Shown one piece after another: positions 27,216-37,177 of a stretch of DNA of 64,000 nt (positions are counted from its first letter, which is position 1; every line of letters starts with the position of its first letter). The notes beneath the pieces are model-generated. The model had not been told where the DNA came from, did not search any database, and saw only the letters and a list, made by a program, of their open reading frames with translations. The stretch comes from an uncultured Actinomycetota bacterium (GTDB lineage: Bacteria; Actinomycetota; Actinomycetes; JAHEKZ01): positions 640,001-704,000 of the forward strand of contig CAWHIJ010000003.1 of assembly GCA_963829525.1 (NCBI GenBank). Direction: 5' to 3'. The position numbers and the translations under genes were made by a program.

Positions 27216-28454
27216 TCAGCGTGCCTCGAGCGCGTCGCGCATGGCGAGCAGCTTTGTCTGCGACTCGGCGAGCTCATCGGCAGGAACCGATCCTTCGACG
27301 ATGCCGCAGCCGGCGTACATGCGCAGCGAGCGCGAGTCGGCGGGGTCGAGCTGGGCGCAGCGTAGGGCGATACCGAATGCACCGTCCCCCCTGGCGTCGA
27401 TCCATCCGACTGGCCCGGCGTACCGACCCCGGTCCATTCCCTCCAGCTCTCGAATCAGCGAACGCGCTCGTCCGGTTGGTGTGCCGCAGACCGCAGCCGT
27501 TGGGTGCAGAGCGGCTGCGAGGTCGAGTGCCGACTCACCGTTGGCCAAACGCCCGGTGATGTCGGTCTGCAGGTGTTGGACGTTAGCGAGGCGAACCACT
27601 TCCGGCGCGCGAGGGACGACGAGGTCGGAGCAGAAAGGCCCGAGCGTTTCCGATACTGAGCGGACCGCTAGCTCGTGCTCGACGCGGTCCTTGTCGGACG
27701 CGAGCAGGAAAGCCGCATGCTGAGCGTCAACGACTGCGTCGCTGCCCCGGGGTGTGGTGCCCGCAAGAACACGCGAGACCACGTGGTCTCCTGTGCGTCG
27801 AACCAAGAGCTCGGGGGTGGCGCCGATCAGCCCGTCCACAGCGAAGGTCCAACAACTGGGGTAGGTGCGCGAGAGCGGAGCAAGGAGAGCGCGCGGATCT
27901 AGCTCGTGCTCGGTGCTGGCGACAAGGTCGCGTGCCAGGACGACCTTGTCGAGACTGCCTTCACCAATGCGGTCAACGGCAGCGGCTACGGCCCTCTCGT
28001 AACTGGACGAGGTGACATAGCCGTCGCTGTAGCGGATCTGGCCTGGCGGGCGTATCGGTGTCTGCGGGGTCAACGTCGCATCGGCATTGCCGACAGTGGT
28101 GACCCACGAGGCGCCGTCGCGGCGTCCAACGATGACGCTGGGGACGATCATCACCGAGTCGCTGGGGCCATCATCGAAAGTGAAGGATCCGAACGCGACT
28201 GGGCCTGTTCCGGGAACGTGGACCTGATCGTCGATGTCCAGCGAGCCGAGCAGTTCGCGCCACCAATAAGACGCACGGGCGAAGCGGTCCGGGCCGGACA
28301 CGGTGAGTCGGGCGGCCTCGCCCCAGGCGGCGAATCCGTCGGTGCCGCGGGTCCAAGCGACGACGCCTTCGTCGGGCAGGTTGTCCAGAAGAGGGCCGGG
28401 GTCGTCGATTGGGATCGAGCGCGCAACGGTACGGGTACGGGCCGTGGTTCTCAC
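27216..28454 (-). CDS. menF: Isochorismate synthase
   Basis: KVVLAR, GATPELL, LAGT, LHPTAAVCG, YAGPVGW, YAGCGIV; start set at GTG 28454. Confidence 0.88.
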   Translation of the reverse strand: MRTTARTRTVARSIPIDDPGPLLDNLPDEGVVAWTRGTDGFAAWGEAARLTVSGPDRFARASYWWRELLGSLDIDDQVHVPGTGPVAFGSFTFDDGPSDSVMIVPSVIVGRRDGASWVTTVGNADATLTPQTPIRPPGQIRYSDGYVTSSSYERAVAAAVDRIGEGSLDKVVLARDLVASTEHELDPRALLAPLSRTYPSCWTFAVDGLIGATPELLVRRTGDHVVSRVLAGTTPRGSDAVVDAQHAAFLLASDKDRVEHELAVRSVSETLGPFCSDLVVPRAPEVVRLANVQHLQTDITGRLANGESALDLAAALHPTAAVCGTPTGRARSLIRELEGMDRGRYAGPVGWIDARGDGAFGIALRCAQLDPADSRSLRMYAGCGIVEGSVPADELAESQTKLLAMRDALEAR

Positions 28455-28556
28455 AAGAGACCAGCCTAGGCCCGGTTCGGTAGGTCGGCCCACTGACTGG
28501 CCGCCCCGAGCTCCCCCCATGGCGCGTGGCGGGCGCGCGGGCGGCAGACTTCTGTT

Positions 28557-29261
28557 GTGACACGCGCCGACCTCGACAAGCAGCCGATCGATGTGGCTCA
28601 CATGTTTGACGATGTTGCGTCCAAGTACGACATCACCAACGATGTGCTGTCGCTGGGTCAGGACCGGCGGTGGCGTCGCGCGGTGGTGGCGGCCGTCGAC
28701 CCGCAGCAGGGGCAGCGGGTACTTGATCTGGCGGCGGGAACCGGGACGTCTTCGTCGCCGTTCCGCGAGCGAGGCGCTTTCGTCGTCCCGTGCGACTTCT
28801 CGCAGGGGATGCTCGCGGTTGGCAAGCAGCGCCGACCCGACCTCGCCTTCGTCGCTGGAGACGGGCTGCAGCTGCCGTTCGCAGACGCCAGCTTCGACGC
28901 AGTGACCATCTCGTTCGGCCTCCGGAACCTGCATGACACAGAAGCCGGGCTTGCTGAGCTGCTGAGGGTGACGCGTCCTGGCGGGCGCATGGTGGTCTGC
29001 GAGTTCAGCCACCCCACCTGGACCCCGTTCCGCACGCTCTACAGCGAGTACCTCATGCGTGCCCTGCCGCCTGTCGCACGAGCTGTGTCCAGCAACCCGG
29101 AGGCCTACGTCTACCTGGCCGAGTCGATCCGGGCCTGGCCGAACCAGGCAGAGCTGGCCGCACTCGTGCAGCGGGCCGGGTGGCGATCGGTCGCATGGCG
29201 CGACCTCTCTGGGGGAATCGTGGCCCTCCACCGCGCCACCGCCCCACAAGGGGCTCAGTAG
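28557..29261 (+). CDS. menG: Demethylmenaquinone methyltransferase
   Basis: [31 protein letters not shown] (UbiE/MenG). Confidence 0.95.
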   Translation: MTRADLDKQPIDVAHMFDDVASKYDITNDVLSLGQDRRWRRAVVAAVDPQQGQRVLDLAAGTGTSSSPFRERGAFVVPCDFSQGMLAVGKQRRPDLAFVAGDGLQLPFADASFDAVTISFGLRNLHDTEAGLAELLRVTRPGGRMVVCEFSHPTWTPFRTLYSEYLMRALPPVARAVSSNPEAYVYLAESIRAWPNQAELAALVQRAGWRSVAWRDLSGGIVALHRATAPQGAQ

Positions 29262-30616
29262 GCCCGACGGAGGGTCTTCATTGCCGCTGCGACCACCTCG
29301 CGGTCGGTCCAGGTGCTCAGGTCCCGCCCGGCGTCGCCAACCGTGAAGCCGACCAGTGAGGGGGTGCCGACCACCTCAGACACGTCATACCAGTCGAGGA
29401 AGCGCCCTTTCGGGGTGCCGGCCAGCCCGATCACATGCGCACCGACGTCCCAGAACTTCCGGTCAAAGCGCAAGATCACCTTTTCCATGCACCCGGACCC
29501 CATCAGGTCGACCGCGTTGCTCACCCATGCCGGAAGCCCGGGGAGGAAGTCGATGACACCGGCACGCACCACTGAAAGAGGAACTGCCAGCACGACTCCA
29601 TCGGCCCCGAGCGAGCCACCGTCGGTGCCGACTCGGATGCGTCGGCTCCGCCAGTCGATGCTCCGGACTGGCGTATGGGTGCGTATCCGGAGACCGCTGG
29701 CGAGGTGCTTGGGCAGCCGGTCGTAGCCGCCAACGACAAAGGCCTCACCGCCACGAACCCACCGTCCCTGGTCGAACCAAGCAAGGTCGAGTGCGTCGGC
29801 ATCGTCGGCGTACTCGTGCTCGATCTCCCATCCGAGAACGAAGCGCTCGACATCGTTTCGCGGGAAGTTGCCAGAGCTGAGGGCCTCGGCAAGCGGTGTA
29901 CCCGGGGTGAAGTCCGGACGCCGTGCGTCACCGATGATGCGCCACATGCGGTCGAAGGCATCGTCGACTGCACCGGCTGAGAATCGCGCCCCATCCGCTC
30001 GCCGGAACACAGCTGTGCCCCACTTGGTCAGGTGCAGCTCGCAGCCCAGGTCGCGCAACAGCCCCTTGATCGGGTTGTTGCGGAGCCCGTGCAACCAGGC
30101 GGCCCCGAGTTCGACCGGCCGGTTCCACGATCTGTCGGTCAGCACCCGTCCGCCGACACGTCCTCGGGCCTCCACAACCGTGACGGTGTGTCCGGCCGAC
30201 TCGAGTCGCCGCGCCGCGGCCAGGCCAGCCACGCCCGCTCCCACCACGACGACGTCCTGGCGGCGGGCTAACCGGTTGTTGAGCCGGTTGGCGGCGAGCC
30301 GGCCCGACTCGTAGGCACCGTGGACGGTTCCGGGGTAAGGCAAGCTCACTGCCTCGCCGGCGAAGACGACACGGTCGGAGATCACGGCATCGGTCAAGGC
30401 GGCTCGTGTGGATCGGCTGGCTCCCACGGCAAGGGTTGCGTAGGAGCCGCGCGCCCAGCGGTCGGTCCACCAGCGGGTGACGATCGCGTCGCGAGGGTCA
30501 GGGACGCCGCCTGCAGCGGTCGCACGAAGAACCGGTCCGGCGGCTGCTCCTACGGTTGTGGCCGCAGTTGCGCCGAGGAGAGCACGTCGGGTCCAGGGGG
30601 GTCCGGCTTCAGGCAT
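29255..30616 (-). CDS. Flavin amine oxidase family protein with twin-arginine signal, apparently circularly permuted
   Basis: TRRALLG signal; RW..D.WARGSY, FAGEA and TVHGAYESG motifs lie before [15 protein letters not shown]. Confidence 0.85.
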   Translation of the reverse strand: MPEAGPPWTRRALLGATAATTVGAAAGPVLRATAAGGVPDPRDAIVTRWWTDRWARGSYATLAVGASRSTRAALTDAVISDRVVFAGEAVSLPYPGTVHGAYESGRLAANRLNNRLARRQDVVVVGAGVAGLAAARRLESAGHTVTVVEARGRVGGRVLTDRSWNRPVELGAAWLHGLRNNPIKGLLRDLGCELHLTKWGTAVFRRADGARFSAGAVDDAFDRMWRIIGDARRPDFTPGTPLAEALSSGNFPRNDVERFVLGWEIEHEYADDADALDLAWFDQGRWVRGGEAFVVGGYDRLPKHLASGLRIRTHTPVRSIDWRSRRIRVGTDGGSLGADGVVLAVPLSVVRAGVIDFLPGLPAWVSNAVDLMGSGCMEKVILRFDRKFWDVGAHVIGLAGTPKGRFLDWYDVSEVVGTPSLVGFTVGDAGRDLSTWTDREVVAAAMKTLRRAY

Positions 30617-30697
30617 GGTCGCTCCCTCTGGCCGTCGGTGGAGAGGCTTCTCCGTTGCATTGTCGGAATCGGAGAGGTGCCAATACACTAAGCGTGC

Positions 30698-30715
30698 TCG
30701 TGAATCCTTTCACAA
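30698..30715. promoter_or_regulatory. Rex operator candidate upstream of menJ
   Basis: TCGTGAA-TCCT-TTCACAA, one mismatch to TTGTGAA-N4-TTCACAA; TACACT (-10-like) at 30684-30689. Confidence 0.75.
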
Positions 30716-30748
30716 AGTCGATCTTCTGCTGCCAGCCAAGGACTCCTA

Positions 30749-32029
30749 GTGCCGCACGTGATCAGCGACAAAAGCGCCGACGTCATCGTCGTCGGGGCAG
30801 GCCCGGCTGGCTCCACCACCGCGTACCACCTGGCTCAGTCCGGTCTCGACGTCTTGCTGCTGGAGAAGTCCACCTTCCCACGCGAGAAGGTCTGTGGCGA
30901 TGGCTTCACGCCGCGTGCTGTCAAGCAGATCCTCGCCATGGGCATCGACCCAGATCCGGCTGACGGCTGGATCCGCAACCAGGGGCTCCGCATCATCGGC
31001 GGTGGCATGCGCCTCGAGCTGCCCTGGCCAGACCTTGCGTCCTTCCCCGACTACGGGCTAGTTCGTACCCGCGAGGACTTCGACGAGATCCTGGCCCGGC
31101 AGGCACAGAAAGCGGGGGCCAGGCTCCACGAACGCACTGCTGTCACCGGCCCGGTTCTCGATGCCCTCGGCCGCATCGTTGGCGTCATTGCTCGATCATC
31201 GGACGCTGACGGCGGCCGCGGCGACGAAGTCGAGTTCCGGGCGCCGCTGGTCGTGGCAGCCGACGGGAACTCCACGCGCCTCTCCCTATCGATGGGCCTG
31301 CGTAAGCGTGACGATCGCCCGATGGGCGTGGCTGTCCGCACCTACTACACCAGCCCACGCCACACCGACGACTGGCTCGAGTCCTGGCTCGAGCTCTGGG
31401 ACGGCGACCGGCTGCTGCCGGGCTATGGCTGGATCTTCGGTGTCGGCGACGGCACGGTCAACGCTGGCCTAGGGATCCTCAACTCGTCGTCTGCGTTCGG
31501 CAAGGTCGACTACAAGGACCTACTCCGGCGCTGGCTCGACACGACGCCAGAAGAGTGGGGCTTCCGCGAGGAGAACCGCACCGAGCCGATCCGCGGGGCT
31601 GCCCTGCCCATGGGGTTCAACCGGACGCCGCACTACACCCGCGGGCTTGTACTCGTCGGCGATGCCGGGGGAATGGTGAACCCCTTCAACGGTGAGGGAA
31701 TCGCCTATGCCATGGAGTCAGGGTCGATGGCGGCCGAGACGATTGTTCAGGCCATCGGACGCCCGACGGCAGACGGACGCGAGCGGGCCCTCGAGGCCTA
31801 TCCCGCCGCCCTCAAGGACGCATACGGTGGCTACTACACCTTGGGTCGGGTCTTCGTGAAGCTCATCGGAAACCCGAACGTGATGAAGCTGGCTACCCGC
31901 CACGGTCTACCGCACCCCACGCTGATGCGGTTCACGTTGAAGCTGCTGGCCAACCTCACCGATCCCCGTGACGGTGACGCGATGGACAAGGTGATCAACG
32001 CCCTGACGAAAGTGGCTCCGGCAGCGTGA
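30749..32029 (+). CDS. menJ: Geranylgeranyl reductase family protein (menaquinone reductase)
   Basis: GAGPAG, FPREKVCGDG, GYGWIF, GDAGG.VNPFNGEGI; between menG and nuoA. Confidence 0.85.
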   Translation: MPHVISDKSADVIVVGAGPAGSTTAYHLAQSGLDVLLLEKSTFPREKVCGDGFTPRAVKQILAMGIDPDPADGWIRNQGLRIIGGGMRLELPWPDLASFPDYGLVRTREDFDEILARQAQKAGARLHERTAVTGPVLDALGRIVGVIARSSDADGGRGDEVEFRAPLVVAADGNSTRLSLSMGLRKRDDRPMGVAVRTYYTSPRHTDDWLESWLELWDGDRLLPGYGWIFGVGDGTVNAGLGILNSSSAFGKVDYKDLLRRWLDTTPEEWGFREENRTEPIRGAALPMGFNRTPHYTRGLVLVGDAGGMVNPFNGEGIAYAMESGSMAAETIVQAIGRPTADGRERALEAYPAALKDAYGGYYTLGRVFVKLIGNPNVMKLATRHGLPHPTLMRFTLKLLANLTDPRDGDAMDKVINALTKVAPAA

Positions 32030-32138
32030 CCAGCGGCCACGACCCCACCCTGGACGCCCTCGCCACCGGCCCTAGGATGATCTGCGATCCGTGGCGCAAC
32101 GCTCGGGTCGACGCAGGACGCGAAGGGAGCGGCCCGCA

Positions 32139-32498
32139 GTGAATCCGATCGTTCCGATCCTCTTCCTCGGCGTACTTGCTTTTGGGTTCGCCGCGTTCTC
32201 GATCGTGGCGGGGTCGCTCTCTGGGCCCAAGCGTTACAACCGGGTCAAGCTCGACTCCTACGAGTGCGGAATCGACCCGACCCCACAGCCGATCGGCGGT
32301 GGGCGCTTCCCGGTCAAGTACTACTTGACCGCGATGCTCTTCATCTTGTTCGACATCGAGATCGTCTTCCTCTTCCCGTGGGCGGTCGCGTTCGACCAGC
32401 TAGCGGTCTTCGGCCTAATCGAGATGCTCCTCTTCATCGTCACCCTTGGCGTCGCCTTCGCCTATGTGTGGCGTCGTGGGGGGCTGGAATGGGACTAG
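32139..32498 (+). CDS. nuoA: NADH-quinone oxidoreductase subunit A
   Basis: YECG, FDIE, LEWD; start at GTG after AAGGGAG. Confidence 0.95.
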   Translation: MNPIVPILFLGVLAFGFAAFSIVAGSLSGPKRYNRVKLDSYECGIDPTPQPIGGGRFPVKYYLTAMLFILFDIEIVFLFPWAVAFDQLAVFGLIEMLLFIVTLGVAFAYVWRRGGLEWD

Positions 32499-32531
32499 CC
32501 AACACGACAGTCCAGCGAAGGAATAGCCGCC

Positions 32532-33086
32532 ATGGGTCTTGAAGAACAGCTTCCGAGCGGTTTCCTGCTGACTTCTGTCGAGAAGTTCGCGGGTTGGGCG
32601 CGTTCGGGGTCGCTGTGGCCGGCGACCTTCGGACTTGCCTGCTGCGCCATCGAAATGATGGCAACTGGCGCTGGGCGCTATGACCTGGCTCGTTTCGGCA
32701 TGGAGGTCTTCCGTGCATCTCCGCGGCAGGCCGACCTGATGATCGTCGCTGGTCGGGTCAGTCAGAAGATGGCGCCGGTGCTTCGCCAGATCTACGACCA
32801 GATGGCTGAGCCCAAGTGGGTCATCTCGATGGGCGCCTGTGCATCCAGCGGAGGGATGTTCAACAACTACGCGATCGTCCAGGGTGTTGACCACATTGTC
32901 CCCGTCGACATCTACCTTCCGGGCTGTCCTCCACGCCCCGAGCAGTTGATGGACGCAATCCTGAAGCTGCACGAGCAGATCAAGAACGAGAAGCTCGGGG
33001 CCCAGCGTGTTGAGTGGCAGCGCGAGCTAGAGTCGTCAGCCCTGACGGCCGTTCCGACCAGCGACATGAAGGGTCTGCTCAGGTGA
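32532..33086 (+). CDS. nuoB: NADH-quinone oxidoreductase subunit B
   Basis: [22 protein letters not shown]. Confidence 0.97.
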   Translation: MGLEEQLPSGFLLTSVEKFAGWARSGSLWPATFGLACCAIEMMATGAGRYDLARFGMEVFRASPRQADLMIVAGRVSQKMAPVLRQIYDQMAEPKWVISMGACASSGGMFNNYAIVQGVDHIVPVDIYLPGCPPRPEQLMDAILKLHEQIKNEKLGAQRVEWQRELESSALTAVPTSDMKGLLR

Positions 33087-33784
33087 GCGAGGACGAGACC
33101 ACTCCTGAGGTCGTTCCGGCTGGGACCCCGACGATCGACGTCGTCGACGTGCGACGAGGCATGTTTGGCGCTAATGACGGTGGCGATACGTCCGGCTTCG
33201 GCGGTTTGGTTCGTGCGGTTTCAGTCGCGCCGGCAGCCATGCGCCCCTATGGCAGCTGGTACGACGACTTTGCCGACGCGCTGGAGCGGGCTTATCCCCA
33301 GTTCGCCGAAGCGATAGAGAAGGTTGTTGTCGAGCACGACGAACTCACCTTGCACATCAGACGCGAATATCTTCGCGATGTCGCCCAGGTAGTCCGTGAT
33401 GACGCAGCCCTGCGGTTTGAGATGTGCATGGGCGTGAGCGGCTTGCACTGGCCAGGCGATGTCGGCCGTGAGTTGCACGCGGTGTACCCGCTGATATCGA
33501 TCACGCACAACCGCAGGCTCAAGCTTGAGGTCTCCTGCCCTGACGCCGACCCTCATATCCCGTCGCTCTACTCGGTGTATCCCAGCAACGACTGGCACGA
33601 GCGCGAGACCTACGACTTCTTTGGAATCATCTTTGACGGGCATCCCTCGTTGTCGCGCATCCAGATGCCTGACGATTGGCCGGGACATCCGCAGCGCAAG
33701 GACTACACACTCGGCGGAATCCCCGTTGAGTACAAAGGCGCAGAGATCGCACCGCCAGATGAGCGGAGGCAGTACTCCTCATGA
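33083..33784 (+). CDS. nuoC: NADH-quinone oxidoreductase subunit C
   Basis: [25 protein letters not shown]. Confidence 0.95.
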   Translation: MSEDETTPEVVPAGTPTIDVVDVRRGMFGANDGGDTSGFGGLVRAVSVAPAAMRPYGSWYDDFADALERAYPQFAEAIEKVVVEHDELTLHIRREYLRDVAQVVRDDAALRFEMCMGVSGLHWPGDVGRELHAVYPLISITHNRRLKLEVSCPDADPHIPSLYSVYPSNDWHERETYDFFGIIFDGHPSLSRIQMPDDWPGHPQRKDYTLGGIPVEYKGAEIAPPDERRQYSS

Positions 33785-35163
33785 CCACGACCGGCCCTTA
33801 CGAGACAGCAGACGCCAGCGCCCCGGCATCTGCTGGGGACCCGTACGCAGAGTCACGACAAACCACCGACGGCCGCGTCTACACCGTAAGTGGCGGTGAC
33901 TGGGATGCGTTTGCCGCCGAGGCTGCTGAGATGGCCGAGGGTGCGCTCGTCGTCAACATGGGTCCACAGCACCCGTCGACGCACGGTGTCCTTCGGCTCA
34001 TCCTTCAGCTTGAAGGAGAGACGGTCACCGACACTCGCTGCGGCATCGGCTACCTCCACACGGGTATCGAAAAGAACCTTGAGTTCCGCTCGTGGACCCA
34101 GGGCGTCACCTTCGTGACACGGATGGACTACCTATCGCCGTTCTATAACGAGACTGCCTACTGCATGGGCGTCGAGCGCCTTCTGGGCATCACCGACGAG
34201 GTTCCCGAACGAGCTCGACTCATCCGCATCTTGATGATGGAACTAAACCGGATCTCGTCGCACCTGGTCTGCATCGCAACAGGTGGCATGGAGATCGGTG
34301 CACTGACGGTCATGACGATCGGCTTCCGCGAGCGTGAGCTGGTGCTCGACCTGTTCGAGTTAATCACCGGCCTGCGGTTGAACCACGCGTACATCCGCCC
34401 TGGCGGTGTAGCCAACGACCTGCCGTCAGATGGCATCGAGAAGATCCGCGACTTCCACAAGTTGATGAGCAAGCGGGTCTACGACTACATCAAGCTCTGC
34501 AACGAGAATCCAATCTTCAAGGGCCGCCTGGCCGATGTCGGGTACCTTGACCTGGCTGGCTGTATGGCTCTGGGGATTACCGGCCCCATCCTTCGCTCCA
34601 CCGGTCTGCCGTGGGACTTGCGCAAGACGCAGCCCTACCTTGGGTATGAGGACTTCGACTTCGAGGTCGCCACCTGGGACACCTGCGACTCTTACGGTCG
34701 CTTCCGGATCCGGCTCGAGGAGATGGTGCAGTCGCTTCGGATCATCGAACAGGCCGTCGACCGCCTCGAAGAGGCTGGCCCCGGGCCGGTCATGGTTGGC
34801 GATCCAAAGATTGCCTGGCCGGCTCAGCTCTCGATCGGCACCGACGGGCAGGGCAACAGCCGAGCGCACATCAACAAGATCATGAACGAGTCGATGGAGG
34901 CACTCATCCATCACTTCAAGCTCGTCACCGAAGGGTTCTCGGTGCCAGCCGGTCAGGTCTACTCGGCTGTAGAGTCACCGCGCGGTGAACTTGGCGTGGT
35001 GATGGCCAGCGATGGCGGCACGCGTCCTTATCGAGTGCACTATCGAGATCCCTCGTTCAACAACCTTCAAGCTGTTGGGGCGATGTGTGCCGGTGCCCAG
35101 ATTGCCGACGTCATCGTTGCTGTCGCCTCTATCGACCCCGTCATGGGCGGCGTGGACCGCTAA
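33781..35163 (+). CDS. nuoD: NADH-quinone oxidoreductase subunit D
   Basis: [23 protein letters not shown]-terminal GGVDR. Confidence 0.97.
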   Translation: MTTTGPYETADASAPASAGDPYAESRQTTDGRVYTVSGGDWDAFAAEAAEMAEGALVVNMGPQHPSTHGVLRLILQLEGETVTDTRCGIGYLHTGIEKNLEFRSWTQGVTFVTRMDYLSPFYNETAYCMGVERLLGITDEVPERARLIRILMMELNRISSHLVCIATGGMEIGALTVMTIGFRERELVLDLFELITGLRLNHAYIRPGGVANDLPSDGIEKIRDFHKLMSKRVYDYIKLCNENPIFKGRLADVGYLDLAGCMALGITGPILRSTGLPWDLRKTQPYLGYEDFDFEVATWDTCDSYGRFRIRLEEMVQSLRIIEQAVDRLEEAGPGPVMVGDPKIAWPAQLSIGTDGQGNSRAHINKIMNESMEALIHHFKLVTEGFSVPAGQVYSAVESPRGELGVVMASDGGTRPYRVHYRDPSFNNLQAVGAMCAGAQIADVIVAVASIDPVMGGVDR

Positions 35164-35193
35164 CCCCGACTCAAAGACAGACGAAGGACACCC

Positions 35194-35874
35194 ATGGCCA
35201 TCTCAGAGACCACCAGGGCGCAGATGCGCGAGGTGCTGGTCGGCTATCCCCGGAAGCGGTCGGCCCTGATGCCGCTGTTGCACCTGGCGCAGGCCGACGA
35301 GGGCCATATCAGCCAGAACGGCATCGCTGCTGTCGCCGAGATGATCGACCTCACCGAGGCCGAGGTCACAGCAGTTGCGACGTTCTACACGATGTACCTC
35401 AAGCGCGAGAGTGGACGCGTGCGGGTCGGCGTCTGCGTCAACTCGCTCTGCGCCGTTCTCGGTGGCGACGCGATCTGGGATTCCTTGGTTGACCACTGCG
35501 GTGTGGGTAACAACCAGACGACCGACGACGGTGCCGTCACCCTCGAGCGAATCGAGTGTCAGGCGGCGTGCACCCATGCCCCCGTCATGACGGCGAACTG
35601 GGAGTTCCTCGACGACATGACGGTCGAGAAAGCCAAGCAGGTTGTCGACGACGTGCGGGCTGGGCGACCGGTGCACAGTACTCGTGGCCCAGTTGTGCGT
35701 ACCTTCGCCGATGCTGAGCGCACCATCGCAGGCATCGACGACGGGTTGACCGCTGAAGGTGAGATTCGCGACGATCGGGTGCTTGCGGGGTTGCGGCTCG
35801 CACGGCAGAACGGTGACGCCGAGCGCAGCGCCGAAGCCGAACGTCAGGGTGCCGCGAACGTGAAGGGACACTGA
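35194..35874 (+). CDS. nuoE: NADH-quinone oxidoreductase subunit E
   Basis: ATFY, CVNSLC, CQAAC 2Fe-2S ligands. Confidence 0.95.
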   Translation: MAISETTRAQMREVLVGYPRKRSALMPLLHLAQADEGHISQNGIAAVAEMIDLTEAEVTAVATFYTMYLKRESGRVRVGVCVNSLCAVLGGDAIWDSLVDHCGVGNNQTTDDGAVTLERIECQAACTHAPVMTANWEFLDDMTVEKAKQVVDDVRAGRPVHSTRGPVVRTFADAERTIAGIDDGLTAEGEIRDDRVLAGLRLARQNGDAERSAEAERQGAANVKGH

Positions 35875-35875
35875 C

Positions 35876-37177
35876 ATGCCGCTGACCCCCGTGCTCTCCG
35901 CCCACTGGGACGAGGCCGACTCGCACACGATCGACGGCTACCGACGCCACGGTGGATACGAGGCGCTCGCTCTGGCGTTCGCCAAACAGCCCGATGACGT
36001 CATCCAGTTGGTGAAGGACTCCGGACTTCGTGGTCGCGGTGGGGCGGGGTTTCCCACCGGCATGAAGTGGGGTTTCGTGCCCCAAGGTGACGGCAAGCCG
36101 CACTATCTCGTGGTCAACGCAGATGAGTCAGAGCCGGGGGCATGCAAGGACGTCCCACTGATGCTGGCGAACCCGCACTCTTTGGTGGAGGGCGTCATCA
36201 TCGCCTCCTACGCCATCCGTGCCAACCTCGCGTTCATCTACATCCGTGGCGAGGTGCCGCACGCGATCCGCCGCGTCGCAACGGCTGTGCGTGAGGCCTA
36301 TGCTGCCGGCCTGCTAGGTGACAACATCCAAGGCTCTGGTTTCGACCTCGAAGTCGTTGTCCACGCTGGTGCGGGCGCGTACATCTGCGGAGAAGAGACG
36401 GCATTGCTCGACTCGCTGGAAGGCTTTCGCGGTCAACCACGGCTCAAGCCGCCGTTCCCCGCAGTCGCCGGCCTCTACGCATCACCCACGGTCGTCAACA
36501 ACGTGGAGACAATCGCAAGCGTCCCGTCCATCGTCACCAACGGCGCCGACTGGTACACCTCCTACGGCAGCGAGAAGTCGCCAGGGATCAAGCTCTTCGC
36601 GGTCTCAGGGCACGTCGAGCGCCCGGGTATCTACGAGGCGCCCATGGGCACGACAATGCGCGAACTGCTCGAATGGGCTGGTGGCATGCGTAAGGGGCAC
36701 CGCCTGAAGTTCTGGGTACCGGGTGGGTCCAGCGTCCCGCTGCTCACTGAGGATCATTTGGACGTCCCCTACACCTATGAAGACATTGCCGCCGCGGGTT
36801 CGATGCTCGGTACCGGCACGCCGATGGTCTTCGACGAAACCACCAGCGTGACCCGTGCCGTCACTCGGTGGCTGGAGTTCTACAAGCACGAGTCGTGCGG
36901 CAAGTGCACGCCGTGCCGTGAGGGAACCTACTGGTTGGTCGACCTGCTCCGGCGACTCGAGAGCGGTACGGGCTCCGATGCCGACATCACCCGGATCAAC
37001 GAAGTGTCGGCGCAGATCATGGGCCGGTCGTTCTGCGCCCTCGGTGACGCCGCAGCGACGCCCTTCCCCGGAGCAATCAAGTACTTCGCAGACGAGATCG
37101 AGCTTGGCACGCACACCGCGGCAGCCGACCTATTCGACCCAGTGGCCGCCACCATCTTCGCGGGAGTGAACGCCTGA
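35876..37177 (+). CDS. nuoF: NADH-quinone oxidoreductase subunit F
   Basis: GRGGAGF, NADESEPG, YICGEETA, ESCGKCTPCREG. Confidence 0.97.
   Translation: MPLTPVLSAHWDEADSHTIDGYRRHGGYEALALAFAKQPDDVIQLVKDSGLRGRGGAGFPTGMKWGFVPQGDGKPHYLVVNADESEPGACKDVPLMLANPHSLVEGVIIASYAIRANLAFIYIRGEVPHAIRRVATAVREAYAAGLLGDNIQGSGFDLEVVVHAGAGAYICGEETALLDSLEGFRGQPRLKPPFPAVAGLYASPTVVNNVETIASVPSIVTNGADWYTSYGSEKSPGIKLFAVSGHVERPGIYEAPMGTTMRELLEWAGGMRKGHRLKFWVPGGSSVPLLTEDHLDVPYTYEDIAAAGSMLGTGTPMVFDETTSVTRAVTRWLEFYKHESCGKCTPCREGTYWLVDLLRRLESGTGSDADITRINEVSAQIMGRSFCALGDAAATPFPGAIKYFADEIELGTHTAAADLFDPVAATIFAGVNA

Noticed and set aside
27216-29249. 677-aa extended isochorismate synthase
   Set aside because: The N-terminal extension is antisense to menG; the start is better placed at 28454. 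Similar over-extensions were trimmed for menD, the mttB-like gene, betB, nuoM and others.
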